A stretch of DNA of 64,000 bases from Mariprofundus sp. UBA1536. Its GTDB lineage: Bacteria > Pseudomonadota > Zetaproteobacteria > Mariprofundales > Mariprofundaceae. Both the position numbers and the translations under genes were made by a program. The stretch is taken from assembly GCA_002323245.1 (NCBI GenBank), contig DCPU01000016.1, positions 108,445 to 172,444 of the forward strand, in the 5' to 3' direction. Shown here in pieces: positions 26,746 through 35,659 of the stretch (within the stretch, counting starts at the first letter, position 1; each line of letters starts with the position of its first letter). The notes below the pieces were generated by a model that made no database searches, had not been told where the DNA came from, and saw nothing but the letters and a program-made list of their open reading frames with translations.

Positions 26746-26857
26746 AATGCGCGACCCTTTGCACAGCTAGACACATAGTCAAGCTTGAGTGAAGGCCCTC
26801 GTTGCCCTTGGTGGCAGCGTTATTTTTTCGGTTTGCCCAAGGGGGTGATGTTTTTAC

Positions 26858-27073
26858 ATGCCAGGAATTAAATTGAGTCATGATGAGCCTATTGAAATGG
26901 CCATCAAGCGTTTCCGTAAACAAGTTGAGCGTGGCGGTGTTATCACTGATTGCCGTAAACGTGAAGCTTACGAAAAGCCTTCTGTGGCGAAAAAACGTAA
27001 AGATGCTGCAGCGCGTAAGCGCCTAATGAAGCGCCTTCGCCGTATTCGTAGCCGCCAGTCGCGCGAATTCTAA
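26858..27073 (+). CDS. rpsU: 30S ribosomal protein S21
   Basis: MPGIKLSHDEPIEMAIKRFRKQVERGGV...; 71 aa, basic C-terminus. Confidence 0.95.
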   Translation: MPGIKLSHDEPIEMAIKRFRKQVERGGVITDCRKREAYEKPSVAKKRKDAAARKRLMKRLRRIRSRQSREF

Positions 27074-27096
27074 GCAAACCAATCATAGCTGATTGA

Positions 27097-27131
27097 GAAA
27101 ATGCCGAGCCCCAGGGTTCGGCATTTTTGTT
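27097..27131 (+). terminator. rho-independent terminator of rpsU
   Basis: Stem ATGCCGA (27101-27107) / TCGGCAT (27118-27124) followed by a T-run. Confidence 0.75.
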
Positions 27132-27203
27132 TGTGCTTTTTGTAAAACGGGGTGAAACACGTCTGTAGCCAAAGGAGCTTACCTTATGTCCCTGACCCGT
27201 ACA

Positions 27204-27380
27204 CTTAAACAGCTGCGTTTGTCCTTCACTTACAGCCAGAAAAAGAGCGCGTGTTACTGCGCTTATCCTTTTTCAGCCTGACGCTCTGGTGCATCTGTAA
27301 CAAGGGAGAGGGTGAATCCCCCTACCAACTTATATATTCCGACGAAAAAAACTTCGCGTAACTTCGCGTCCTTTGCGGTG
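27204..27380 (+). repeat. structured intergenic repeat, copy B
   Basis: Same core and nested hairpins as copy A. Stem 27239-27245/27268-27274 carries G27239-C27274 where copy A has T349-A384. Triple decamer ACTTCGCGTA ACTTCGCGTC CTTTGCGGTG at 27351-27380. Confidence 0.85.
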
Positions 27381-27399
27381 GAAAAATGAGAGGGTGAAC

Positions 27400-28569
27400 T
27401 TAAACCAAGGTTAGTAGTGTGATTTCTGGTTCAGTTCCCAGGCGCACGGGCGGGCCCCAGTAGCCGGTGCCGCGGCTGACGTAAATCCATGTTTTATCTT
27501 GGTGTTTGTGCAGGCCTTCGATATAGGGGTTGGCCATTTTGGCGATGAAGTTCCATGGGTAATACTGGCCGCCGTGGGTGTGGCCGGAAATTTGTAAATC
27601 AAATCCTGCTTCGGCGGCGGCATCAATGCTTTTGGGTTGATGCGCCAATAAGATTTTTACATCGGCTTGTTCAGCTTTATGAAGCGCTTTTTTTGGGTCG
27701 GATAAATGCTCAGCCTTATATTGATGGGCGCGGTAATCGGTGACGCCTGCCAGCAACAAGCGGCTGCCTTCGTGGTTGATGATGCGGTGTTCATTAATCA
27801 AATTGGTAAAACCAAGGAGAGCCGTTTCTTCCAGCCAGTCGTCCACGCCTGAATAATATTCATGGTTACCCGTAATAAAGTATTTGCCGTAGGTGGATTG
27901 CAGCTCTGCCAAGGGGGCAACATCGGGGCGCAAATGCACCACTGAGCCATCCACCAAATCACCAGTCATGACAATAATATCAGGCTTTAGGGCGTTGATT
28001 TGTTCGACGATGCGTTGCACATGATGGCGCTTAATCATGGGGCCAATATGCAGGTCGGTGAATTGCACAATGCGCAGGTTCTGCAGGCTTTGGGGTACAT
28101 TACCCACAGGCACTTTCACTTCTTTGATGGTGGCATCTTGCAAGGCTTGTTGCACGCCAAAACCAGCCAAAGCGCCTGTGCCACCGAGCAGGCTAAAGTG
28201 GAAAGTGCTTTTCATCAGATTGCGGCGGTCTTCATCATAGGCATTGTCGCAAGACGTTTGCTTTAACAAGCAAAGTTTCTTGGCTGTGAAGCGGGTAAAA
28301 TCGGCAAGCAGGTAGCCAATAAAGACAACTGAGAAAATGCCCATATTGATATATACAAACCAAGACAAGGAATCACCAAAGCTGGTTTCCATATCGTTGA
28401 AGCGCAAAATAAAGGGGAGAGGCGAAGCCAACCAGCAGGTAAAGAAATAAAGGATAATAGCAATTTGCATGGCCTTATTGGCATGGAATGCTTGGTAAAC
28501 ACGGGAGCCAACATAACCATACATAATGGCAAGCAGCAGCAGCGATACGATCAAAAAGACTGGGATCAT
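27400..28569 (-). CDS. membrane-anchored calcineurin-like metallophosphoesterase
   Basis: N-terminal TM segments. Motifs FTDLHIG, TGDLVDG, GNHEY, GHTHGGQ. Confidence 0.88.
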   Translation of the reverse strand: MIPVFLIVSLLLLAIMYGYVGSRVYQAFHANKAMQIAIILYFFTCWLASPLPFILRFNDMETSFGDSLSWFVYINMGIFSVVFIGYLLADFTRFTAKKLCLLKQTSCDNAYDEDRRNLMKSTFHFSLLGGTGALAGFGVQQALQDATIKEVKVPVGNVPQSLQNLRIVQFTDLHIGPMIKRHHVQRIVEQINALKPDIIVMTGDLVDGSVVHLRPDVAPLAELQSTYGKYFITGNHEYYSGVDDWLEETALLGFTNLINEHRIINHEGSRLLLAGVTDYRAHQYKAEHLSDPKKALHKAEQADVKILLAHQPKSIDAAAEAGFDLQISGHTHGGQYYPWNFIAKMANPYIEGLHKHQDKTWIYVSRGTGYWGPPVRLGTEPEITLLTLV

Positions 28570-28791
28570 GTGTCGTCCTTATGGAAAATTTTTCAAGGCA
28601 TGAGTGCTTATGCTTGGGCACGCAAATGAAGAAAGTATTAAATTTGGAGCGAGATATGTCACAACAGGATATTCAGAGTCGACCGAATATGATAGCCAAG
28701 CCTACGCCTTGGGATTTGGTGGCATCGGCATCGACCTTGGATTCATCTAAAAATATTCGCTGTAATTTTACTCATACAGACAAAGCTTGTC

Positions 28792-28811
28792 ACTTTTGTG
28801 CGCACAAAAGT
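28792..28811. repeat. perfect 20-bp palindrome ACTTTTGTGCGCACAAAAGT
   Basis: Read directly from the sequence. Lies 16 nt upstream of the truncated repeat copy D in a 316-nt intergenic region. Confidence 0.8.
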
Positions 28812-28827
28812 AACGTAAAAAGCGACC

Positions 28828-28860
28828 CTTAAACAGCTGCGTTTTTCCTTTACTTACATT
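28828..28860 (+). repeat. structured intergenic repeat, truncated copy D (5' part of core only)
   Basis: CTTAAACAGCTGCGTTTTTCCTTTACTTACATTC compared with copy B CTTAAACAGCTGCGTTTGTCCTTCACTTACAGCC. Similarity ends after about 33 nt. Confidence 0.7.
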
Positions 28861-28885
28861 CAGATTATTTTGACTATTGCATATA

Positions 28886-29374
28886 TTAGTCGTGTTTGCC
28901 GATGTAACCTTTGGGGCGGATGGCGACGGTGTTTTTGATTTCGGTGCATACTTTGCCGTCGGCTCGGGTGTAAACCATCGTAAAGGTTGGGGTTGAGCGG
29001 CCATGAGCTTCAAGCTCGCTGCGAATCTGGGCTTCGATGGCTTCGTCAAACGCTAAGTGCAGGGTTAAATCGGAGCTGCCGACGCGGATGAAGTCTAAGG
29101 TGAGGTGCTTGGTGGCGACCCGATAACCGGGAAATTTTTGGGCGCAGACCAAGGCTGGAACGGGGTCGGCAAGGCTGGCTTGGTAACCACCAAACATATT
29201 GCCTGCTGCATTTTTCGACATCCAATTCAGTGGCAACAGCAATTCCAATTTGCGCATATCATCATCAAGTTTGATCACTTTCACGCGCATCAAAAAGAAG
29301 GGCAGAAATAAGGACAATTTCCGCTTGTTGGAGAGGAAGGGTAAATTGCTAATCAGCTGAATATGCCTGGACAA
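28886..29374 (-). CDS. hotdog-fold thioesterase (PaaI / DUF4442-like)
   Basis: Pattern NAAGNMFGGYQASLADP and the size are typical of PaaI-type thioesterases. Start position uncertain. Confidence 0.6.
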   Translation of the reverse strand: MSRHIQLISNLPFLSNKRKLSLFLPFFLMRVKVIKLDDDMRKLELLLPLNWMSKNAAGNMFGGYQASLADPVPALVCAQKFPGYRVATKHLTLDFIRVGSSDLTLHLAFDEAIEAQIRSELEAHGRSTPTFTMVYTRADGKVCTEIKNTVAIRPKGYIGKHD

Positions 29375-29401
29375 CTTGGCTTCCTCCTATGGTAAAACGT
29401 C

Positions 29402-31309
29402 TTAAAAACTGGCTTGCTTGGTTTCCAACTCTTCCCAGCGATGATAGGCCAGCTCCAAATCTTTTTCCAATGCGGATAAGCGGATTTGATCCTTTTGAAA
29501 ACCATCAGGGTCGCGTGTGAAATAATCCGTTTCGCAAAACCGTGCTTCGATAGCTTCTTTTTCAGCATCCCATTTTTCAATGTTAGCTGGCAAATCATCC
29601 AGTTCTTTTTGCTCTTTGTAAGCCAGTTTATGGGCTTTCCTGGGTGCTTCTTTTACGGGTGCTGCCGCTGAAGCTTTGACCACAACTTCAGGTTTCTCAT
29701 CCAATGCGCGGCGCTCTTTCCAAGCCAGATAATCCGAATATCCACCCTCGATAGGTACGATTTTCCCATCACCCTCAAAGGCCAATACCTTGGTGGCTGT
29801 CCTATCCATAAAAGCGCGATCATGGCTGACGATAATGACAGTGCCCTGATATTTGGCGATAGCTTCTTCGAGCACGTTTAATGTGCCGATATCCAAATCA
29901 TTGGTCGGCTCATCGAGTACTAATAAATTAGCGGGTTCGAGCAACAATCTAGCCAGCAGCAAACGACCACGCTCGCCGCCCGATAAGGCACCAACTTGGG
30001 CATTGAGCAGCTCTTTATCAAACAAGAAATCCTGCATATAGCTGATGATGTGCCGCGGCTCTGTGCCGCCTATATGCACGTGGTCTGAGCCGCTGGGGGA
30101 AAGCACATCTTTGAGTTTGTCCTTGGGGTTTAAGCTGCGCAATTGGGTGAGAAAAGCTGGCGCAAGGCGTGCGCCGTGTTTGATGTGGCCGCTTTCGGGT
30201 GTCAAATCGCCTAGCAACATTTTCAGCAGTGTGGTTTTGCCAATGCCGTTGGGGCCGAGCAGACCAATACGCTCACCGGCCATCACTTTGAGATTAAACT
30301 TCTCAACAATTTTTAAATCACCAAAGTTGTGACTGAGAGCAACTGCTTCAATCAGCAATTTACCGGGTTTGATGCCGCTGGCCACGCGCAACTCCACATC
30401 GCCGCCGCGCAACCTGCGCGCTGCCCGTTGTTCACGTAAATCTTCTAGGGCACGCACTCTGCCTTCGTTGCGCGTGCGCCGCGCTTGGATGCCTTTGCGA
30501 ATCCATTTTTCTTCGCTGGCGAGCACCTTATCAAACTTTTTATAGTCGCGGTTTTCGATTTCCATCAGCTCTGCTTTTTTGTCGATGTATTCGGCATAAG
30601 TTGCCTCAAAATGGGTGAGCTTACCGCGATCAAGCTCAACGATTTCTTCAGCCACGGCATCCAGGAAATAACGATCATGGGTGATGAATACCACCGCGCC
30701 AGCAAAGGCGGCGACAAAATCTTCAAGCCACTCAATCGAAGCGATATCCAAATGGTTGGTGGGCTCATCAAGCAACAAAATATCGGGCTCTAAAGCCACA
30801 GCTTGCGCCAAGGCTACGCGGCGCAGCCAACCACCAGAGAGCTCGCCCACATCTCTGTGTGTATCCAAGCCCAGCTTGGAGATGGCGGTTTCAATGCGAT
30901 TGTGGAGTTGCCATGCGCCGGTGTGTTCGAGCTGTTGTTGAAGGGTATCAAGGCGTTTGAGCACTGCATCGGAAGGGTTATCAGCCAGCGACTCAGTGAG
31001 GTTGTGGTATTCTTCCAATAGTTTGGCCACTTCACCCAAGCCTTGTGCCACCACTTGAAACACGGTTTGCCCAGGTTCGAAATACGGGTCTTGATGTAGG
31101 TAGGCGACTTTAGCATTGTGTTTGAGCTGCACCCTGCCGCTATCAACATCCATTTGCCCAGCAATCACTTTCAGCAGGGTGGATTTACCCTCGCCATTGC
31201 GGCCAATCAGGCCGATACGGGCGCTGCTGCCCACGCGCAAATTGACGCCATCGAGCAATACCTGTGGCCCAAAAGCTTTGTGTAAATCATGTAATACCAA
31301 GACTGGCAT
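29402..31309 (-). CDS. uup: ABC-F family ATPase (Uup-like)
   Basis: Two ABC cassettes (GRNGEGKST / GPNGIGKTT, LSGGW / LSGGE signature, LLLDEPTNHLD / LVLDEPTNDLD), no TM domain, C-terminal coiled coil. Confidence 0.88.
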   Translation of the reverse strand: MPVLVLHDLHKAFGPQVLLDGVNLRVGSSARIGLIGRNGEGKSTLLKVIAGQMDVDSGRVQLKHNAKVAYLHQDPYFEPGQTVFQVVAQGLGEVAKLLEEYHNLTESLADNPSDAVLKRLDTLQQQLEHTGAWQLHNRIETAISKLGLDTHRDVGELSGGWLRRVALAQAVALEPDILLLDEPTNHLDIASIEWLEDFVAAFAGAVVFITHDRYFLDAVAEEIVELDRGKLTHFEATYAEYIDKKAELMEIENRDYKKFDKVLASEEKWIRKGIQARRTRNEGRVRALEDLREQRAARRLRGGDVELRVASGIKPGKLLIEAVALSHNFGDLKIVEKFNLKVMAGERIGLLGPNGIGKTTLLKMLLGDLTPESGHIKHGARLAPAFLTQLRSLNPKDKLKDVLSPSGSDHVHIGGTEPRHIISYMQDFLFDKELLNAQVGALSGGERGRLLLARLLLEPANLLVLDEPTNDLDIGTLNVLEEAIAKYQGTVIIVSHDRAFMDRTATKVLAFEGDGKIVPIEGGYSDYLAWKERRALDEKPEVVVKASAAAPVKEAPRKAHKLAYKEQKELDDLPANIEKWDAEKEAIEARFCETDYFTRDPDGFQKDQIRLSALEKDLELAYHRWEELETKQASF

Positions 31310-31313
31310 GGGT

Positions 31314-32003
31314 TTAACCTCTTTGGGCTAGCGCGACGACTGCAGCGGGAATAATAAAAATATTGAGCAAAGGCACCATCATCAAGACAAGGGCAGTACC
31401 GCCAAATCCCAGCCAAAACCAGAAGTGTTGTTTCATATAAACTTTACGATCTTTGAAATTTAAACCAGCCCGGCTGGCTTGGGTATCGAACAATTCAAAA
31501 TTGAGAAAACGAATGCTGGCATAAGTCCAAATCGCCGCCGCCAGTGGGGGGAACCAGAAAAATAATAAGGCCACGATGCCCAACACCAACAGTCCAAACA
31601 AAGGGCGGACAGAATTGGCTAAGCTGCTCATGCTTTGTTCCAACCAACCGCTGCTGTTTTCTTGCGATGTCTTGCCAAGCAATCGCTCCGTGCGCGTGGC
31701 CAATTCATCCAGCCAGGGGGCAATAGCCGCCGAAGCCAAGGCCGTAAAACCCACCACACCTGAAAGCAGCGCCATTAACACAGCCAGCAACCAAGCCACC
31801 GCCGAGACCACTTGCCAATACCACGCATCACCCTCAGGCATCCAAAGCGCCGTTAAATAATCAGCAAGGAAAAATACGCCAACCATCAAAGCTAGCATCA
31901 CCGCCAGTAATAAGCCCAGCATACGCCAAAGCACCTGACGTAAACTTGCTTCACCAATCAGCATGGCAAAGCCTGCGAAAAATGTAGTCATTCCCTTCAA
32001 CAT
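31314..32003 (-). CDS. EI24/CysZ-family membrane protein
   Basis: Multi-TM protein resembling the EI24/CysZ family. ATG 32003 has GGAGA about 6 nt upstream. The longer ORF (to 32060) would leave only 9 nt to divergent tldD. Confidence 0.65.
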   Translation of the reverse strand: MLKGMTTFFAGFAMLIGEASLRQVLWRMLGLLLAVMLALMVGVFFLADYLTALWMPEGDAWYWQVVSAVAWLLAVLMALLSGVVGFTALASAAIAPWLDELATRTERLLGKTSQENSSGWLEQSMSSLANSVRPLFGLLVLGIVALLFFWFPPLAAAIWTYASIRFLNFELFDTQASRAGLNFKDRKVYMKQHFWFWLGFGGTALVLMMVPLLNIFIIPAAVVALAQRG

Positions 32004-32069
32004 GCTTGTCTCCAAAAGTAAGGCCTGCCCAAACTTGACCAAACCATACGCATTCCACACGATGTTGCC

Positions 32070-33500
32070 ATGCCAACCTTATTGTCTACCCCTTCGGCTT
32101 TACCCATTTCAGAAACGACGCTAAGCAAGATGTTGCAGCAGATGATTCCTGCTGGCGCTGATGATGCTGATTTGTATCTGCAACACTCGGTGTCTGAATC
32201 GTTGGCGCTGGAAGAAGGGCGCGTCAAACATGTCTCGGCCAGCACTTCGCAGGGCATTGGTGCTCGGGTGATTGTGGGTGAAGCCTCCGGGCATGCATAC
32301 ACCGACAGTTTTGACACGGCCGCTTTGATGGATACTGCCAAAGCCGCACGCGCCATCGCTGCCAGCGGCAAAGACTTATCGCCGCAAGCTATTCGCAGCC
32401 AAGCGCTCAAACATCAGCTCTATTCGGCCATCAACCCCATGCAGCAAGTGAATATGCAATCGCGCAAAGCCTTGCTGGAAAAGCTCGATGCATTAGCGCG
32501 TAGCATTGATCCGCGTGTGCAGCAGGTCTCGGCGAGTATTTCTTCAGCCTTTAAGCAAGTGCATATCGTGTGCATGGATGGTCGCACCTTTAGTGATGAT
32601 AGGCCGCTGGTGCGCCTGAATATCTCGGTGGTGGTTGAGCAAAACGGCAAACGCGAATCCGGCGGCGCAGGCGGCGGTGGCCGCTTTGATTTGGCGCGCT
32701 TGCTTGAAAGCGGCGAAGCTGAGCGACTCACCCGCGAAGCCGTGCGTACGGCCCTACTCAACCTTGATGCGGAACCCGCCCCAGCAGGCACCATGCCTGT
32801 GGTCTTAGGCCCAGGCTGGCCTGGTATTTTATTGCATGAAGCCATTGGGCATGGTCTTGAAGGCGATTTTAATCGCAAAGGCACCTCGGTGTTTGCGGGC
32901 AAAATGGGCGAGCAAGTTGCCGCCAAAGGCGTGACTGTGGTCGATGACGGTACCATCGCTGAGCGACGTGGTTCACTTAATATTGATGATGAAGGCACCG
33001 ACACCCAATGCACCACGCTGATTGAAGATGGTGTATTGGTGGGTTATTTGCAGGACAAACAAAATGCCCGTTTGATGGGCGTGAACCCCACGGGTAATGG
33101 CCGCAGGGAATCGTATTCTGATCCTGTATTACCGCGCATGACCAACACCTTTATGCGCGCTGGCAACGACAAACCCGAAGATATTCTCGCGTCCTTGGAG
33201 AATGGCATTTATGCCGTCAATTTTGGTGGCGGTCAGGTGGATATCACCTCGGGTAAATTTGTGTTTACCACTTCCGAAGCCTATTTGGTGAAAAATGGAA
33301 AGATTCAACATCCCGTTAAAGATGTAACCCTGATTGGATCCGGCCATGAAGTGCTGAAGAAAGTATCAATGATTGGCAATGATTTGGCGCTGGATCCAGG
33401 CGTGGGCACCTGCGGCAAAGCTGGGCAATCGGTGCCCGTTGGTGTTGGTCTGCCTACCATTCGCATTGATGAGCTCACCGTTGGTGGCACCCAAGCCTGA
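32070..33500 (+). CDS. tldD: metalloprotease TldD
   Basis: 476 aa. HEAIGHGLEGD metal-binding motif and C-terminal GGQV..TSGKFVF pattern. Confidence 0.93.
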   Translation: MPTLLSTPSALPISETTLSKMLQQMIPAGADDADLYLQHSVSESLALEEGRVKHVSASTSQGIGARVIVGEASGHAYTDSFDTAALMDTAKAARAIAASGKDLSPQAIRSQALKHQLYSAINPMQQVNMQSRKALLEKLDALARSIDPRVQQVSASISSAFKQVHIVCMDGRTFSDDRPLVRLNISVVVEQNGKRESGGAGGGGRFDLARLLESGEAERLTREAVRTALLNLDAEPAPAGTMPVVLGPGWPGILLHEAIGHGLEGDFNRKGTSVFAGKMGEQVAAKGVTVVDDGTIAERRGSLNIDDEGTDTQCTTLIEDGVLVGYLQDKQNARLMGVNPTGNGRRESYSDPVLPRMTNTFMRAGNDKPEDILASLENGIYAVNFGGGQVDITSGKFVFTTSEAYLVKNGKIQHPVKDVTLIGSGHEVLKKVSMIGNDLALDPGVGTCGKAGQSVPVGVGLPTIRIDELTVGGTQA

Positions 33501-33534
33501 AATTTTAGAAATCCTAGCGAAAACTGTAGACTAG

Positions 33535-33666
33535 CCCCGGTATCTGTTGATTGGTCGGATAGACAACAAGATCTGGTCTGCGATAGCTACTTATCGAAAT
33601 GCAAATATTAGAATTATTTCGGTTCGTCGCGCTAGGAAAGAGGAGATTGCCTTATATGAAAGCTAA
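33535..33666 (+). pseudogene. brnT: 5'-truncated remnant of a BrnT-family type II toxin
   Basis: Frame 1 reads PRYLLIGRIDNKIWSAIATYRNANIRIISVRRARKEEIALYES*, which matches the C-terminal half of BrnT (..RIIS.R.A...E...Y). A TAG lies immediately upstream (33532-33534). There is no N-terminal half or credible start. Confidence 0.7.
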
Positions 33667-33880
33667 AGATTTTGATGCTGCCTTTGATGATGGTGAAGAT
33701 ATCACTTCACAGCTAGATTTGAGCAAGAAACGTCGACCTGAATTGAAACAAAAGCGTGTAAATGTCGATTTTCCTGTGTGGTTGATTCATCAGCTTGATA
33801 AAGAGGCAAAACGTTTGGGTGTCACCCGTCAGTCCATCATAAAAATGTGGCTCGCTGAGCATTTGAAGGAAGCGGCTTGA
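33656..33880 (+). CDS. brnA: BrnA/CopG-family type II antitoxin
   Basis: ATG 33656 with AGGAG at 33641-33645. Overlaps the brnT remnant stop. RHH-type C-terminus RVNVDFPVWLIHQLDKEAKRLGVTRQSIIKMWLAEHL. Confidence 0.8.
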   Translation: MKAKDFDAAFDDGEDITSQLDLSKKRRPELKQKRVNVDFPVWLIHQLDKEAKRLGVTRQSIIKMWLAEHLKEAA

Positions 33881-33892
33881 TACGCATCTAAA

Positions 33893-34414
33893 GTGGAAGA
33901 AACTCCCAGAATACCCAGCTTGGCAGCGCGCCTATCGACCATCGCTTTGATTTGTGGCCTTGGCTTGCTTTTTTTGGGCATCAGCTCTGGCCTGAAAGGT
34001 TACGATGGGCTCATGGAGCCAAGCGCTGAGCAATTGAAAAGTATTACAGGCAATCTGGAGCATTTGGCCTATTTGACCCCGAGCAAAGCGCCAACCGTGG
34101 TTGATATCCAGCTCTACCATAAAGCCGATGGACGCAAGCAGGCCTATCTCAATTATGGGCCGCATGAATGGGAAGAGCGACTCAAGCCCTATATGCACAA
34201 GGAAATCACTATGTTTGTGGCTTCCACGCAACAGGTGTGGGGCATCATGGCCGATGGTCAGACGCTGGTGTCGGCTGCTGAAATTCAGAAGACATTTCTG
34301 GCTGTGAAAAAAGGGCAAGAAATATTTGCGACACAGATGACTTATGTGGGGCTGGGGCTGGTGGTGTTTTGGCTGTTGTTTTTACGCAAGCGTTATCGCC
34401 AATCTGCGGCGTGA
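33893..34414 (+). CDS. hypothetical two-TM membrane protein
   Basis: GTG start 12 nt after the brnA stop. Hydrophobic helices near residues 15-35 and 145-165. I recognise no family. Confidence 0.5.
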   Translation: MEETPRIPSLAARLSTIALICGLGLLFLGISSGLKGYDGLMEPSAEQLKSITGNLEHLAYLTPSKAPTVVDIQLYHKADGRKQAYLNYGPHEWEERLKPYMHKEITMFVASTQQVWGIMADGQTLVSAAEIQKTFLAVKKGQEIFATQMTYVGLGLVVFWLLFLRKRYRQSAA

Positions 34415-34499
34415 ATCTCGCTTGAAAGCTGACGACCTTTAATCGAGAGAAGCTTGCCCCTATACAACATAAGCTAGTGTTCGATTGGAGGTGATGTTG

Positions 34500-34931
34500 A
34501 TGTCAGAAAATATTCATATTGTTTGTCACGCTTGTGATGCCGTGAATCGGCTGCCTTTGGCCAAGCTTGAATCCGTTGCCAACTGCGCACGTTGCAAAAA
34601 ACGATTGCTAGCTGGTGATGTCAAAAGCTTAACCCAGGATAATTTTGATGCCTTTATCGCCAACAATGATTTGCCCGTCGTTGTCGATTTTTGGGCGCCC
34701 TGGTGTGGCCCCTGCAAGATGATGGCACCCGCATTTGAAAAGACAGCGATGACCCTTTCCACAAAAGCGATATTGGCTAAGGTCAATACCGAAGAGCAGC
34801 AAGCACTGGGTGCGCGATTTGCCATTCGCAGCATTCCCACCTTGATGATGTTTAAAGATGGAAGAGAAGTGCGCCGCCAATCTGGAGCCATGGATGCCGC
34901 CGCGTTGCAACGCTGGATTATGGGCGCATGA
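34500..34931 (+). CDS. trxC: thioredoxin 2 (TrxC) with N-terminal zinc-finger
   Basis: CHAC...CARC zinc-finger followed by the WCGPC active site. GGAGG RBS at 34487-34491. Confidence 0.92.
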   Translation: MSENIHIVCHACDAVNRLPLAKLESVANCARCKKRLLAGDVKSLTQDNFDAFIANNDLPVVVDFWAPWCGPCKMMAPAFEKTAMTLSTKAILAKVNTEEQQALGARFAIRSIPTLMMFKDGREVRRQSGAMDAAALQRWIMGA

Positions 34932-35200
34932 AAGCTTTGAACGTCAACATCCAAGGCGGGGTACAAGGCGTTGGCTTTCGTTATTACGCAGAACGCGAGG
35001 CCAAACGGCATGGGCTAAAGGGCTGGGTGCGCAATCATCCTGATGGCAGCGTCCAAGCTTTGATATGCGGCGAAGAAGACCAGCTGCAAGCCATGTTGTC
35101 TTGGTTTAAACATGGCCCGCCTGCAGCATCTGTTACCTCAGTGGATACTGAAGACACCCAACTCGAAACTGAGCCTTTGGATTTTCAAATTACGTTTTAA
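34928..35200 (+). CDS. acyP: acylphosphatase
   Basis: VQGVGFRYY motif, 90 aa, ATGA overlap with trxC. Confidence 0.9.
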   Translation: MKALNVNIQGGVQGVGFRYYAEREAKRHGLKGWVRNHPDGSVQALICGEEDQLQAMLSWFKHGPPAASVTSVDTEDTQLETEPLDFQITF

Positions 35201-35228
35201 GTTCATTGTTGAATGGGCTAACGCGGAC

Positions 35229-35257
35229 AAAAAAAGGGCAACGCCGAAGCGCTGCCC
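35229..35257 (-). terminator. rho-independent terminator of the lipoprotein gene (minus strand)
   Basis: On the minus strand: GGGCAGCGC-TTCG-GCGTTGCCC followed by TTTTTTT. Confidence 0.8.
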
Positions 35258-35283
35258 TTGTGAACATCTGCATTGTTTAAGCG

Positions 35284-35607
35284 TTACTGCGCTAAATTTT
35301 TCTCAACGCCGCAAAACATTTGGGTGCTTTTGAGCTCGTGTTGCACTTGGGCAATGGAGCGGTCGTCATCTTCCCATGTGACGATATAAAGATGTGGCGA
35401 CATTTGTTTGCGAATGGTGACTTCGTGTTCTTCAAAGAGCTTGGCCAATTCCAAATCACTGATGTCTTGGCATTGACGCACCACCAACTCACCGGCTTTG
35501 TAGGCGATGCCCTTGGGCTCTTCGGGCATCTCTTTGGATGCGCAAGCTGCAAGTAATAATACGCTGCCTGCTAAAATCACTGTTTGAATCAATTTGTTCA
35601 TGTTCAA
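35284..35607 (-). CDS. small lipoprotein, function unknown
   Basis: Signal peptide with lipobox LLAAC. 107 aa. Confidence 0.7.
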   Translation of the reverse strand: MNMNKLIQTVILAGSVLLLAACASKEMPEEPKGIAYKAGELVVRQCQDISDLELAKLFEEHEVTIRKQMSPHLYIVTWEDDDRSIAQVQHELKSTQMFCGVEKNLAQ

Positions 35608-35659
35608 CCTCCGTGGGATTGCTTAGTTAAATTAGACATTGCCCTCATATTGTCAACAT

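Noticed and set aside
26800-26857. Possible sigma-54 promoter (TGGCAGCGTTATTTTT) upstream of rpsU
   Set aside because: It has the -24 GG, but the -12 element is TT rather than GC. rpsU is a classical sigma-70 housekeeping gene.
28581-28832. 83-aa ORF in the 316-nt intergenic gap
   Set aside because: It has no RBS and its composition is unlike neighbouring genes. It reads through the 20-bp palindrome and into the repeat fragment. It is more likely non-coding.
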